From an uncultured Oscillospiraceae bacterium (GTDB lineage: Bacteria > Bacillota > Clostridia > Oscillospirales > Oscillospiraceae), in NCBI GenBank assembly GCA_934589225.1, contig CAKTNS010000006.1, positions 809-64,808 on the forward strand: a stretch of 64,000 bases of DNA, in the 5' to 3' direction. Under the pieces are notes generated by a model that made no database searches, was not told the DNA's origin, and saw only the letters and a list, made by a program, of their open reading frames with translations. Made by a program: the position numbers and the translations under genes. Below are positions 28,500 through 36,160 of the stretch, one piece after another (positions within the stretch are counted from its first letter, which is position 1; each line of letters begins with the position of its first letter).

Positions 28500-30197
28500 A
28501 TGATTCAGAAGATTTTTGCGGGACTGTTGGCCGTGGTACTGGTACTGACATTGCCGCTTTCCGCTTTGGCGGAGGATACCGCCGATACCACGGCCACCGA
28601 GGAAACTGTTGCCGCACAAGAGGAAAGCACACCTGACCAGGAAGAAGAGGACACTTCAACGGAGCCGTCCGATCCCGCACCCACGACACAGCCAACGGAG
28701 TCAACGACTCCCACGACGGAACCGACGACACCAACCGAAACAGACCCGACAGAACCCTCTACAACCCCTACCTCTCCGACGCAGCCCTCTGACCCTACTG
28801 AACCGTCTCAGCCCACGGAGCCTACTCAGCCAACAGAGCCTACCCAGCCGACACAGCCAACCACACCGTCCAAGATCCCGACTGCGGTAGAAATTGACAC
28901 CGAGCATGTTTACCACGGCATGGACCGGGCCTATGAGGATGGCTACATACCCAGGACCAGCGGAAATACCATGCACTTGGTCCTGCCTCTGCGCACCAAC
29001 GGAAGACTCTATAAGGACGAGATCAAGGTATCTCTGGGCCTGGGAGCCAGTGCTTCCGCTCCTTTTGAAATCGCCAACTACGAAAAGATATTTACACTGG
29101 AATCCGTTGTTCCCAAGGATACGGAGGAACCCCAGGATGTATTCCTTGTACAATTTGATGTGGCCCTTGCGGAAAAGCGCTACAACGGCGTTTATCCCGT
29201 AACAATCAATATCTCCGGTTACGATGAAGAGAACAATTCCATTGACTGTATTTATACCATTTATGTGACCATTACGGATGGTCAATCCACAGAAATCAAG
29301 CAGACGGCCCCGGAAGTCGCAACTGCCGAGCCAGTTGTATATATTTCCGGCAGTAGGATAGAGCCGGAAAAAGCCATGGCCGGAGAAGAATTCACCCTGA
29401 CGGTCACGCTGAAAAATTCCCTGACAACGAAATTTGTTCGGAATATGCTGGTAAAGGTAGACACCGGAAACCTGCATATCAATCTGCTGGAGGACAGCAA
29501 TGTTTTCCAGATCGATAAAATCCCCGCTGGTGGAGAAGCGGAGCTGACCGTTCACTTCGGAACGGACTCTTCACTTCCGGCAGGCAAATACCCATTGAAT
29601 TTTACTTTTAATTATGACAGCAGTAAGACCTTGAATCTATCCTCTAGCGGTACAACGCTGGTTGAAATTCAGCAGCCCGCCAACATGGAATTGGTAATGC
29701 CCCGTTTTGCGGACAGCGTAACTGTAGGCGAAACCATCCCTGTAACCTTCCAGGTGATGAATATGGGCAGGGACCCAATGCACAACGTTCGCTGTGTGGT
29801 TTCCGGCTTCGGTTTCGCACCTTCCAATACGGGATATATCGGCACCATGGGGGCGGGAACCTCTGCAACAACGAAAATTGAACTGTACATTATTGCTCTG
29901 AATGCCAGCAAGGGAAACGAAAACGGCAACCAGTACGGCGATACAGTTGGTACAGTTACTTTGATATACGAAAACGAGAACGGAGAGGCATTCCAACAGG
30001 AAACCACCTTTGAAACAACAGTAAATCGCCCGATTGTCCAGTTACAGCAGACGGATAATACGGAAGAAGAAAAGCAAAAGGCGGCAAGCCAGTGGTGGGT
30101 TTCCGTGCTGATTTTAGGGGGTGTGATCCTTGCGGCAGTCATCGGAATTATCCTTGTCAAGAAACGCCAAAAGAATTATGGCGGGGCATATCTGTAA
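28500..30197 (+). CDS. Cell-surface protein: signal peptide, Pro/Thr-rich linker, beta-sandwich (CARDB/DUF11-like) repeats, C-terminal TM anchor
   Basis: MIQKIFAGLLAVVLVLTLPLSALA. PTEPTQ repeats. C-terminal WWVSVLILGGVILAAVIGIILVKKRQK. Confidence 0.6.
   Translation: MIQKIFAGLLAVVLVLTLPLSALAEDTADTTATEETVAAQEESTPDQEEEDTSTEPSDPAPTTQPTESTTPTTEPTTPTETDPTEPSTTPTSPTQPSDPTEPSQPTEPTQPTEPTQPTQPTTPSKIPTAVEIDTEHVYHGMDRAYEDGYIPRTSGNTMHLVLPLRTNGRLYKDEIKVSLGLGASASAPFEIANYEKIFTLESVVPKDTEEPQDVFLVQFDVALAEKRYNGVYPVTINISGYDEENNSIDCIYTIYVTITDGQSTEIKQTAPEVATAEPVVYISGSRIEPEKAMAGEEFTLTVTLKNSLTTKFVRNMLVKVDTGNLHINLLEDSNVFQIDKIPAGGEAELTVHFGTDSSLPAGKYPLNFTFNYDSSKTLNLSSSGTTLVEIQQPANMELVMPRFADSVTVGETIPVTFQVMNMGRDPMHNVRCVVSGFGFAPSNTGYIGTMGAGTSATTKIELYIIALNASKGNENGNQYGDTVGTVTLIYENENGEAFQQETTFETTVNRPIVQLQQTDNTEEEKQKAASQWWVSVLILGGVILAAVIGIILVKKRQKNYGGAYL
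28786..28868 (+). repeat. Imperfect in-frame tandem repeat encoding (P-T/S-E/Q-P-T/S-Q)n
   Basis: PSDPTEPSQPTEPTQPTEPTQPTQPTTP read directly from the sequence. Confidence 0.8.
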
Positions 30198-31194
30198 AAT
30201 TGCGGCAAAGACCATCCCCCGCTGCGGTTGGACTGCTATCGTTATGCTGTGCCTGGGCCTGTATATGCTGTTTCCCGGCTCTCAGACAGCCCAGCAGCTC
30301 TACACGGAAAAGCACACACCATTTGAGCTGATTAGCTCTACGGACGGTACAACAATTGATTTGAATACGCTTTCACAAATTTCTGGTGTAGAGCGAGTCA
30401 GCCCAATTTTGCAAATCAATTGTCAACTGACTTATGGAGAAAAAGACGCAAGTAATCAAATCGATGCGGTGTACGCTTCTTATCTGAATGTGCACCTGAC
30501 TGATGGAAGTATCTTCACAGATAATACCAACATGCCGTACCTTGTGCTGAATGACGCCGCAACCAAACTTTTTGCCGAGAAGGACGACGAGCCTGGAATT
30601 GCGGTCCAGGAAGAACTTCTGCTGAAAAGCGGAGATGTGGAGACAAAAGCGCAGGTTTGCGGAATTTATCAGGACGAATCGGAAACACCCCATATTTATA
30701 TGAGCTATGAAGTGGCCTACAAACTGTTTGGAACGCAGTTTACGGGAACGGACGTTGCCTTCCTGTTGACAAACAAAGGCGCAGTGGAACAAGTGAGCGC
30801 AAAGCTGCGTAAACAGAATTTTTCAGTAGGCGCAAATACAGACACCAGCCTTGCATGGAATCTTCTGGAACAGCAGACCTGGCAGACATTTTTGGTAAGT
30901 GCGGTATTTGTTGTTTGTTCCGGGATACTGACACGGGGAAAAATCATGCAGGAAAAGCGAAGCGCGGGCGGGGAATATGCTGTTCTCCTGACGGCAGGAC
31001 TGTTGACCTGCAAAGTTGAAAAAATCATTCCATTACGAATCCTAATCATGGAATCAATCCTGATGTGTGGTACTCTGGGAATAACCGTGGTCATTGGTAG
31101 CTTTAGTATGCTTGCGATTATTCCAGGGTTTGTGCTCATACTCCTTCACTACGGTATTTCCTGCGCTAAATTGTCCGGTAGAAATACGGCGTAA
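30178..31194 (+). CDS. FtsX/MacB-like permease (one N-terminal TM, extracytoplasmic domain, three C-terminal TMs)
   Basis: Topology read from hydrophobic segments. C-terminal block FLVSAVFVVCSGIL...LIMESILMCGTLGITVV...IIPGFVLILLHYGI. Pairs with the NBD-like gene. Confidence 0.5.
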   Translation: MAGHICKIAAKTIPRCGWTAIVMLCLGLYMLFPGSQTAQQLYTEKHTPFELISSTDGTTIDLNTLSQISGVERVSPILQINCQLTYGEKDASNQIDAVYASYLNVHLTDGSIFTDNTNMPYLVLNDAATKLFAEKDDEPGIAVQEELLLKSGDVETKAQVCGIYQDESETPHIYMSYEVAYKLFGTQFTGTDVAFLLTNKGAVEQVSAKLRKQNFSVGANTDTSLAWNLLEQQTWQTFLVSAVFVVCSGILTRGKIMQEKRSAGGEYAVLLTAGLLTCKVEKIIPLRILIMESILMCGTLGITVVIGSFSMLAIIPGFVLILLHYGISCAKLSGRNTA

Positions 31195-31223
31195 TCACAT
31201 AGATTGAAGAAATACAAGCGTTC

Positions 31224-31268
31224 GAGCCTGCATTCCAAGCAACTTGGTAATGCAGGCTCAATTTTTTT
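31224..31268 (+). terminator. Rho-independent terminator
   Basis: gagcctgcatt ... aatgcaggctc stem followed by aattttttt. Confidence 0.8.
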
Positions 31269-31372
31269 GCAATTTTTCAGAACTTGGTTGCCAAAATCCA
31301 CTTTTTCGGATTACCCAATTGAAAGGGAGAAAATCACCACCCGCCTTCGCGGCTGCGAAGGGAGGTGAGAAA

Positions 31373-31807
31373 ATGAAAGACTCCGAAGAAAAGCGCATTC
31401 AAAATCAGTTCGGTGGGTTCTGCACCAGGGTTTTGAAGAACGAGGCCAACCGTATTCACAACAGCTACAGCCGGCAGCGAGAATGGGAGGAGCCTCTGGA
31501 CCATATGGGGCCGGAGGAGCTGTCCCAAATCGCTGTAGAGGACCGATACTTCCAGGATGACCACATCTTTGAAGTGTTGGGTGTCCCCGTGGTTGTGACC
31601 GGGGATGTTCTGGCGGAAATTCTGGCACAGCTTCCAGAGGGAAAACGGGATATTATCCTGCTATCTTTCTTTCTGGAAATGACGGACCGGGAAATTGCGG
31701 AATACCTCCACATCGTTCATCAGACGGTCAGCAAACGCCGAATCGGCATTTTGAAGGAACTGCGCAAGATTTTAGAGAAGGAGGGATACGAATGGCCGGA
31801 ACTGTAA
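31373..31807 (+). CDS. ICE-type sigma-70 family (region 4) sigma factor
   Basis: LPEGKRDIILLSFFLEMTDREIAEYLHIVHQTVSKRRIGILKELRK is a sigma region-4 HTH. Tn916 Orf7-like position. Confidence 0.7.
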   Translation: MKDSEEKRIQNQFGGFCTRVLKNEANRIHNSYSRQREWEEPLDHMGPEELSQIAVEDRYFQDDHIFEVLGVPVVVTGDVLAEILAQLPEGKRDIILLSFFLEMTDREIAEYLHIVHQTVSKRRIGILKELRKILEKEGYEWPEL

Positions 31808-32034
31808 GACCGTCCATTCCTGTGCAGACCATTCTGAAAGCCGTCAACGGCGAAACGGATGCCCTGGACGCTGTCTTGCGGCACTACAGCAGTTATATCC
31901 GCGTCCTGTCTACCCGTCCCGTAAAGGATACATACGGAAATGAATTTCTTTGTGTGGACGAATCCATGCGGGACCAGCTGGAAGCGAAGCTGCGTGTCAG
32001 CATTGTAACTGCCTTCAAGGTATTGCCTGTGTAA
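31792..32034 (+). CDS. Small helix-turn-helix protein paired with the sigma factor (Tn916 Orf8-like)
   Basis: ILKAVNGETDALDAVLRHYSSYIRVLS. Overlaps the sigma gene end. Conserved pairing in ICEs (recalled). Confidence 0.55.
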   Translation: MAGTVRPSIPVQTILKAVNGETDALDAVLRHYSSYIRVLSTRPVKDTYGNEFLCVDESMRDQLEAKLRVSIVTAFKVLPV

Positions 32035-32427
32035 AAGCCAAAAGCAGAGGGTGTCTCCCTTTCCACCCTCTGCGGCAGGCCTTTGACAAAGAAAGCCCGG
32101 CAGACAACTCCGGCGCAGCATATAGGCGGACAAATACATCCCTTCTGTGCCGAGCCGGACGGTGGGTACGCTGTGACCTTCTGTGAAGTGAGCGATTCCT
32201 ACCCGCACCGCAAAATGCGCCTGGCAGCGCATGGGCGACGACGCGCAGAAGGTCAGGTACTCCCTTATAGCCATAGTCCGAGCGTTCAGAGCGTCGCAGG
32301 CAATGGGTAAGGTCCAGCGGGATGCTGGGGGGTGAGATTCCCGTGGAGCTGCTGTGGGACTTCCCACAGGCCAAGCAGCCATTTGTTCCGCTGTCCAATC
32401 GCAAAAATAATCATCTGAGAGGGAATT

Positions 32428-32616
32428 ATGAAGCAAGAAAACATATCGAAAAATCAAACTGCTCCATCCAAACAAGATCCTCTTGACGTGCAAACGACCT
32501 ACCATATTTCTGGCAGGTCGTTTGTCGTTCAGCCGGTATTCAAACCCGAAAATAACAATACGCTTGGCGAAGTTCTCCTGCGTCTCATGCAGGCAGAATG
32601 CGAAAAAAATTTGTGA
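32428..32616 (+). CDS. tnpW: TnpW-like small transposon protein
   Basis: 62 aa with ...YHISGRSFVVQPVFKPENNNTLGEVLLRLMQ. Sits directly upstream of the serine recombinase, as in Tn4451-type elements. Confidence 0.55.
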   Translation: MKQENISKNQTAPSKQDPLDVQTTYHISGRSFVVQPVFKPENNNTLGEVLLRLMQAECEKNL

Positions 32617-32716
32617 TTTTCTGAATATCAGCTGACAATAACAGTTGAGCACGGTATAATTGTTGTGTGAAGAAGAAAACACAATTCGTTGCTCGACTGT
32701 TATAGAAGGAGGACTT

Positions 32717-34420
32717 ATGAAAAAGTCGAACAACAAGAAAACACGCGACGTTACCGCATTCATCTACCCCCGCCTGTCCCGTGACGATAATCTGGAAGGC
32801 GAGAGCTACAGTATCAGCAATCAAAAAAAGCTGTTAACCAAGATGGCAAAGGACATGGGCTACACGAATATCGTCACTTTCGTTGACGACGGCGTTTCCG
32901 GTGTTACCATGGACCGTCCCGGCTTTAATGAAATGATGCGCCAGTTGGAGGAGGGCAAGGCATCCGCTCTGTTTGTCAAAGACCTTTCCCGGCTGGGCCG
33001 TAACTACATTGAGGTAGGGCGGCTCATGGAGGTGTTCTTCCCGGAACACGATATCCGCTTGGTGGCTGTTTCAGACAATATCGATACAGCAGAGGGTGAA
33101 AATGAGTTAGCCCCTATCCGCAACCTGTTCAATGAGTGGTACGCCCGGGATATCAGCAAGAAGCGCCGTATCAGCAATAAAATCAAGGGCAACGCCGGGG
33201 AACCTATGGGGCCACCCCCTTACGGGTACATCAAGGACCCGGATAATCCGAAGCACTGGATTATCGAGGAGGAAGCGGCTAGTGTCGTCCGGCGGATTTT
33301 CAGCATGACCCTGGATGGTATGGGCACAGAGCAGATCGCGGCCCAGCTGGAACGGGATGGAGTCCTGACACCCAGGGCCTATTGGCACCAGCAGGGAATC
33401 AACCGCCCCGGCAAGGGGGATTTGCAGCGGCCTACCAAGTGGAATAAGACCACTGTAATTCAAATGCTGTCCGTCCAGGAGTATTGCGGAGACGTTTTGA
33501 ACTTTAAGACCTATTCCAAGTCTTACAAAAACAAAAAGCGGATCGACAACGCCCGGGAGGATTGGGTGGTGTTCAAGGATGTTCACGAGCCCATTATTGA
33601 CCGCGCTGTCTGGGAACAGATTCAAGAAAAGCGCGGCAAGATGCGTAAGCGCAAACCGAAGGATACGGAGCGGAACATCTTCAGCGGCCTCTTGGTTTGC
33701 GCGGACTGTGGGCACAATCTGAATTACCACTTCAACCAGGGCAATCACGATATCAAGTATTTCAACTGTACGAACTATCGTGGAAATCGCGGAACCTGTA
33801 CCTCCACGCACTATGTCCGAGTAGATTTTCTGGAACAGGTCGTTCTCGGAGAAATCAAGCGCCTTACCAAGTATGCTGTCCGCTATGAGGACGAATTTTT
33901 GAAGGCGGTTATGGGCAGTACCCAGAAAACCGCTGAATCCGAGTGCAAGCGGAAGCAAAAGGAACTTTCCGCTGCCAGGGCCAGAGACGATGAACTGGAC
34001 GGCCTTTTTGAGCGGATCTATGAGGACAATCTTTCCGGCAAGCTGTCAGATGAACGCTTTTCCAGAATGTCCCAGCGCTATGAGGCGGAACAATTGGAAC
34101 TCAAGGAACGCATGAAAACCCTCCGCACGGAAATAGATAAACTGGCAAGTGAATCTGTTTCCACGGATATGTTCCTCTCCATTGTCCGCAAATACACCCG
34201 TGCCAAAAAGCTGACACCCAGGATGCTGAATGAGCTGGTCAACCATATCGAAGTTCACCAGGCCGAAAAAATCGATGGCGAGTGGGTTCAGAAATTGACC
34301 ATCCACTACAACTGCGTCGGAGCCTTATTTATCCCCGACACAGAAGCACTGCCCGCCCCAGAGGTGACAGTCAACACCCGCAGAGGTGTGTATGTTACCT
34401 ACGAACCTGCTCAAAAATGA
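32717..34420 (+). CDS. Large serine recombinase (TnpX/TndX-type integrase of the ICE)
   Basis: AFIYPRLSRDDNLEGESYSISNQ (catalytic Ser region), VKDLSRLGRN, zinc-ribbon CADCGHNLNYH...CTNYRGNRGTCTSTH, coiled-coil tail. Confidence 0.9.
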   Translation: MKKSNNKKTRDVTAFIYPRLSRDDNLEGESYSISNQKKLLTKMAKDMGYTNIVTFVDDGVSGVTMDRPGFNEMMRQLEEGKASALFVKDLSRLGRNYIEVGRLMEVFFPEHDIRLVAVSDNIDTAEGENELAPIRNLFNEWYARDISKKRRISNKIKGNAGEPMGPPPYGYIKDPDNPKHWIIEEEAASVVRRIFSMTLDGMGTEQIAAQLERDGVLTPRAYWHQQGINRPGKGDLQRPTKWNKTTVIQMLSVQEYCGDVLNFKTYSKSYKNKKRIDNAREDWVVFKDVHEPIIDRAVWEQIQEKRGKMRKRKPKDTERNIFSGLLVCADCGHNLNYHFNQGNHDIKYFNCTNYRGNRGTCTSTHYVRVDFLEQVVLGEIKRLTKYAVRYEDEFLKAVMGSTQKTAESECKRKQKELSAARARDDELDGLFERIYEDNLSGKLSDERFSRMSQRYEAEQLELKERMKTLRTEIDKLASESVSTDMFLSIVRKYTRAKKLTPRMLNELVNHIEVHQAEKIDGEWVQKLTIHYNCVGALFIPDTEALPAPEVTVNTRRGVYVTYEPAQK

Positions 34421-34431
34421 GTAGCAAAAAA

Positions 34432-34474
34432 GCGAGTGTTCTCATAGGACGTCAAATCCTATAAGAACACTCGC
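34432..34474 (-). terminator. Near-perfect 18-bp hairpin acting as the tRNA-Pro terminator, 11 nt from the recombinase stop
   Basis: gcgagtgttctcatagga/tcctataagaacactcgc (one mismatch). On the minus strand it is followed by tttttt. Confidence 0.65.
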
Positions 34475-34476
34475 AG

Positions 34477-34552
34477 TGGTCCGAGTGACAGGATTCGAAC
34501 CTGCGGCATCCTGCTCCCAAAGCAGGCGCGCTACCAGCTGCGCTACACCCGG
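34477..34552 (-). tRNA. tRNA-Pro (anticodon UGG), CCA encoded
   Basis: Reverse complement folds as a cloverleaf: acceptor CCGGGTG/CACTCGG, D stem GCGC, anticodon loop TTTGGGA, T arm GCAGG-TTCGAAT-CCTGT, then ACCA. Confidence 0.9.
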
Positions 34553-34620
34553 ATAACGGATGTATTATACAGGAAGATTCGGAAAAAAGCAATAGAAAAA
34601 TTCCGGGTCTGGAAAAGCGC

Positions 34621-34649
34621 TTGACAGATCATCCTCTGTGTGGTAGAAT
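34621..34649 (+). promoter_or_regulatory. Sigma-70 promoter of queT
   Basis: TTGACA, 17 nt spacer, TAGAAT, with an upstream TG (extended -10). Confidence 0.65.
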
Positions 34650-34666
34650 ACAGCCACAATTTCATA

Positions 34667-34706
34667 GGACAGTTCGTAACCATCCTGTCGGTAAATAAAA
34701 CTAGGA
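34667..34706 (+). promoter_or_regulatory. Candidate preQ1-I-type riboswitch aptamer
   Basis: 5-bp P1 GACAG/CUGUC, 12-nt loop UUCGUAACCAUC, A-rich tail GGUAAAUAAAACUAGG. Upstream of queT, a known preQ1-regulated gene. Followed by a terminator hairpin. Confidence 0.5.
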
Positions 34707-34825
34707 CTTTTAAATATGTGGGTTTTCACATATTTTTCTTTGGATGGGCGCAGGTTTTGCGTCCGTTTTGTTTTTTTGCTGTGGGTGGAATTGTCCGCCC
34801 ATTTTTTGTTTTGAGGAGAATCGTC

Positions 34826-35338
34826 ATGTCCAAAACCCGTTATTTGACCCAGGCGGCTGTGATTGCCGCCATGTATGCCGCCCTGACCCATATGCAAAAT
34901 CTTTTGCTGCCCGGAAGCACCACCTGGGCCATTCAGATGCGGCTCAGCGAAGCCATGATGGTGCTGGCCTTCTTTACCCCGGCGGCCATTCCGGGGCTGA
35001 GCCTGGGGTGCCTGCTGTTCAATCTGACCTATGCCGGAACACTGCCCCTTGACCCTGTGGTGGGAACCTTGGCAACGCTTTTGGCAGGGCTTGCCATGTG
35101 GGAGCTGCGGAATGTGAAGGTCTGCAAGCTGCCGCTGCTGGGGCTTCTGATGCCCGCGGTGACCAATGCGGTGCTGGTAGGCTGGGAGCTGACGGTGTAT
35201 ATTGGGGAAATGTCCTTCCTCATGAACGCTTTTTACGTCGCCCTGGGGGAGCTGGCGGTGCTTTTAGTGGTGGGCACGGCCCTTTATGGGGCCATTTGCA
35301 GCCGGAATCTGGACAAGACGGTGCTGGCCGCCTGCTGA
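34826..35338 (+). CDS. queT: QueT-family queuosine-precursor transporter (ECF S-component-like)
   Basis: MSKTRYLTQAAVIAAMYAALTHMQNLLLP...IQMRLSEAMMVLAFFTPAAIPGL. Five to six TM helices. GAGGAG RBS. Confidence 0.7.
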   Translation: MSKTRYLTQAAVIAAMYAALTHMQNLLLPGSTTWAIQMRLSEAMMVLAFFTPAAIPGLSLGCLLFNLTYAGTLPLDPVVGTLATLLAGLAMWELRNVKVCKLPLLGLLMPAVTNAVLVGWELTVYIGEMSFLMNAFYVALGELAVLLVVGTALYGAICSRNLDKTVLAAC

Positions 35339-35470
35339 AAGATTCAAAAGCCGGGAACAAAACAGGGTTCCCGGCTTTTTCCACGAAATTTTAAAAGTAA
35401 AAAAATATCGAATTGTCAAGATTCACATGGTTTTTTTGCTTTTTGGGGAAATTCTGTTGTATCTGCTTCC

Positions 35471-35500
35471 TTGACGGCAGCGGGGACAACGTGGTATAAT
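35471..35500 (+). promoter_or_regulatory. Sigma-70 promoter of the pur operon
   Basis: TTGACG, 18 nt spacer, TATAAT. Confidence 0.65.
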
Positions 35501-35515
35501 TGGAGCATCCAATGA

Positions 35516-35590
35516 GAACCCTTATGACTGACGGATCAGTGGAGCACCACATGGAGTAAGGGAAGATTTTTTTGCCGACCGTCTGGGCTT
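35516..35590 (+). promoter_or_regulatory. ZTP (pfl-motif) riboswitch
   Basis: CCCUUAUGACUGACGGAUCAGUGGAGCACCACAUGGAGUAAGGG ... GCCGACCGUCUGGGC. Matches the recalled ZTP consensus (GACUGACGG, GUGGA..CCAC, CCGaCCGUCUGGGC) with a CCCUUA/UAAGGG P1. Confidence 0.8.
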
Positions 35591-35651
35591 GCTTGCGTTC
35601 CTGTATGTTAGGAGGGTGAGTGGGCCTTTTGTGCTTTTTAAGGAGGTTTTT

Positions 35652-36146
35652 ATGAAAAAAGTTGGAATTATCATGGGAAGTGACAGTGATCTCCCGATTT
35701 TGCGGAAGACCATGGACACACTGAAAGACTTGGGCGTTCCCTTTGAGACCCATATTTTTTCTGCCCATCGTACCCCCCTGGAGGCCCGGGATTTTGCGGT
35801 AAGCGCCCGGGAACAAGGGTTTGGCGTGCTGATCGCCGCGGCGGGCATGGCGGCCCATCTGGCCGGGGCCATTGCGGCCAACACCACGTTGCCTGTCATC
35901 GGCATCCCCTGCAAGGGACCGGTGCTGGACGGCATGGATGCCCTGCTGTCTACGGTCCAGATGCCCTCCGGCATTCCTGTTGCCACCGTGGCCATTAACG
36001 GCGGTGTCAACGCGGCCCTGCTGGCGGCCCAGATCCTGGCGGTGTCCGATGAGGCTCTGGCCCAGAAGCTGGATGCCAAGCGGGCAGCGGATGCCAGAAA
36101 AGTCCTTGAAAAAGACGCGGCTTTGCAGCAAGAGCTGAACGCATAA
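35652..36146 (+). CDS. purE: 5-(carboxyamino)imidazole ribonucleotide mutase
   Basis: [14 protein letters not shown]...FSAHRTP...[10 protein letters not shown]...PVIGIP, the canonical PurE motifs. Confidence 0.95.
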   Translation: MKKVGIIMGSDSDLPILRKTMDTLKDLGVPFETHIFSAHRTPLEARDFAVSAREQGFGVLIAAAGMAAHLAGAIAANTTLPVIGIPCKGPVLDGMDALLSTVQMPSGIPVATVAINGGVNAALLAAQILAVSDEALAQKLDAKRAADARKVLEKDAALQQELNA

Positions 36147-36160
36147 TAAGGAGGAATTCC

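Larger units (their letters stand above)
1..34476. mobile_element. Right-hand portion of an integrative conjugative element (ICE-A). It is cut by the window start and ends at a large serine recombinase next to tRNA-Pro.
   Basis: Contiguous conjugation/mobilisation genes (sortase, NlpC/P60, TopB, ArdA-like, MobC+relaxase, sigma/HTH pair, TnpW, serine recombinase), interrupted by AT-rich cargo blocks. Confidence 0.8.

Noticed and set aside
28640-28880. Possible CRISPR-like or minisatellite array, suggested by the periodic PTEPTQ-coding repeats.
   Set aside because: The repeats are in frame within a signal-peptide protein and encode a Pro/Thr linker. There is no spacer/repeat architecture and no cas genes anywhere in the window.
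31720-32763. 347-codon minus-strand ORF spanning the sigma, HTH and tnpW genes.
   Set aside because: It overlaps three plus-strand genes with recognisable products. It has no RBS or motif, and its composition looks like antisense and non-coding read-through.
35590-35651. An intrinsic terminator was expected as the expression platform of the ZTP riboswitch.
   Set aside because: I could not find a convincing stem preceding the T-runs (ccttttgtgcttttt) by eye. The platform may be translational or need computational folding, so no feature is called.
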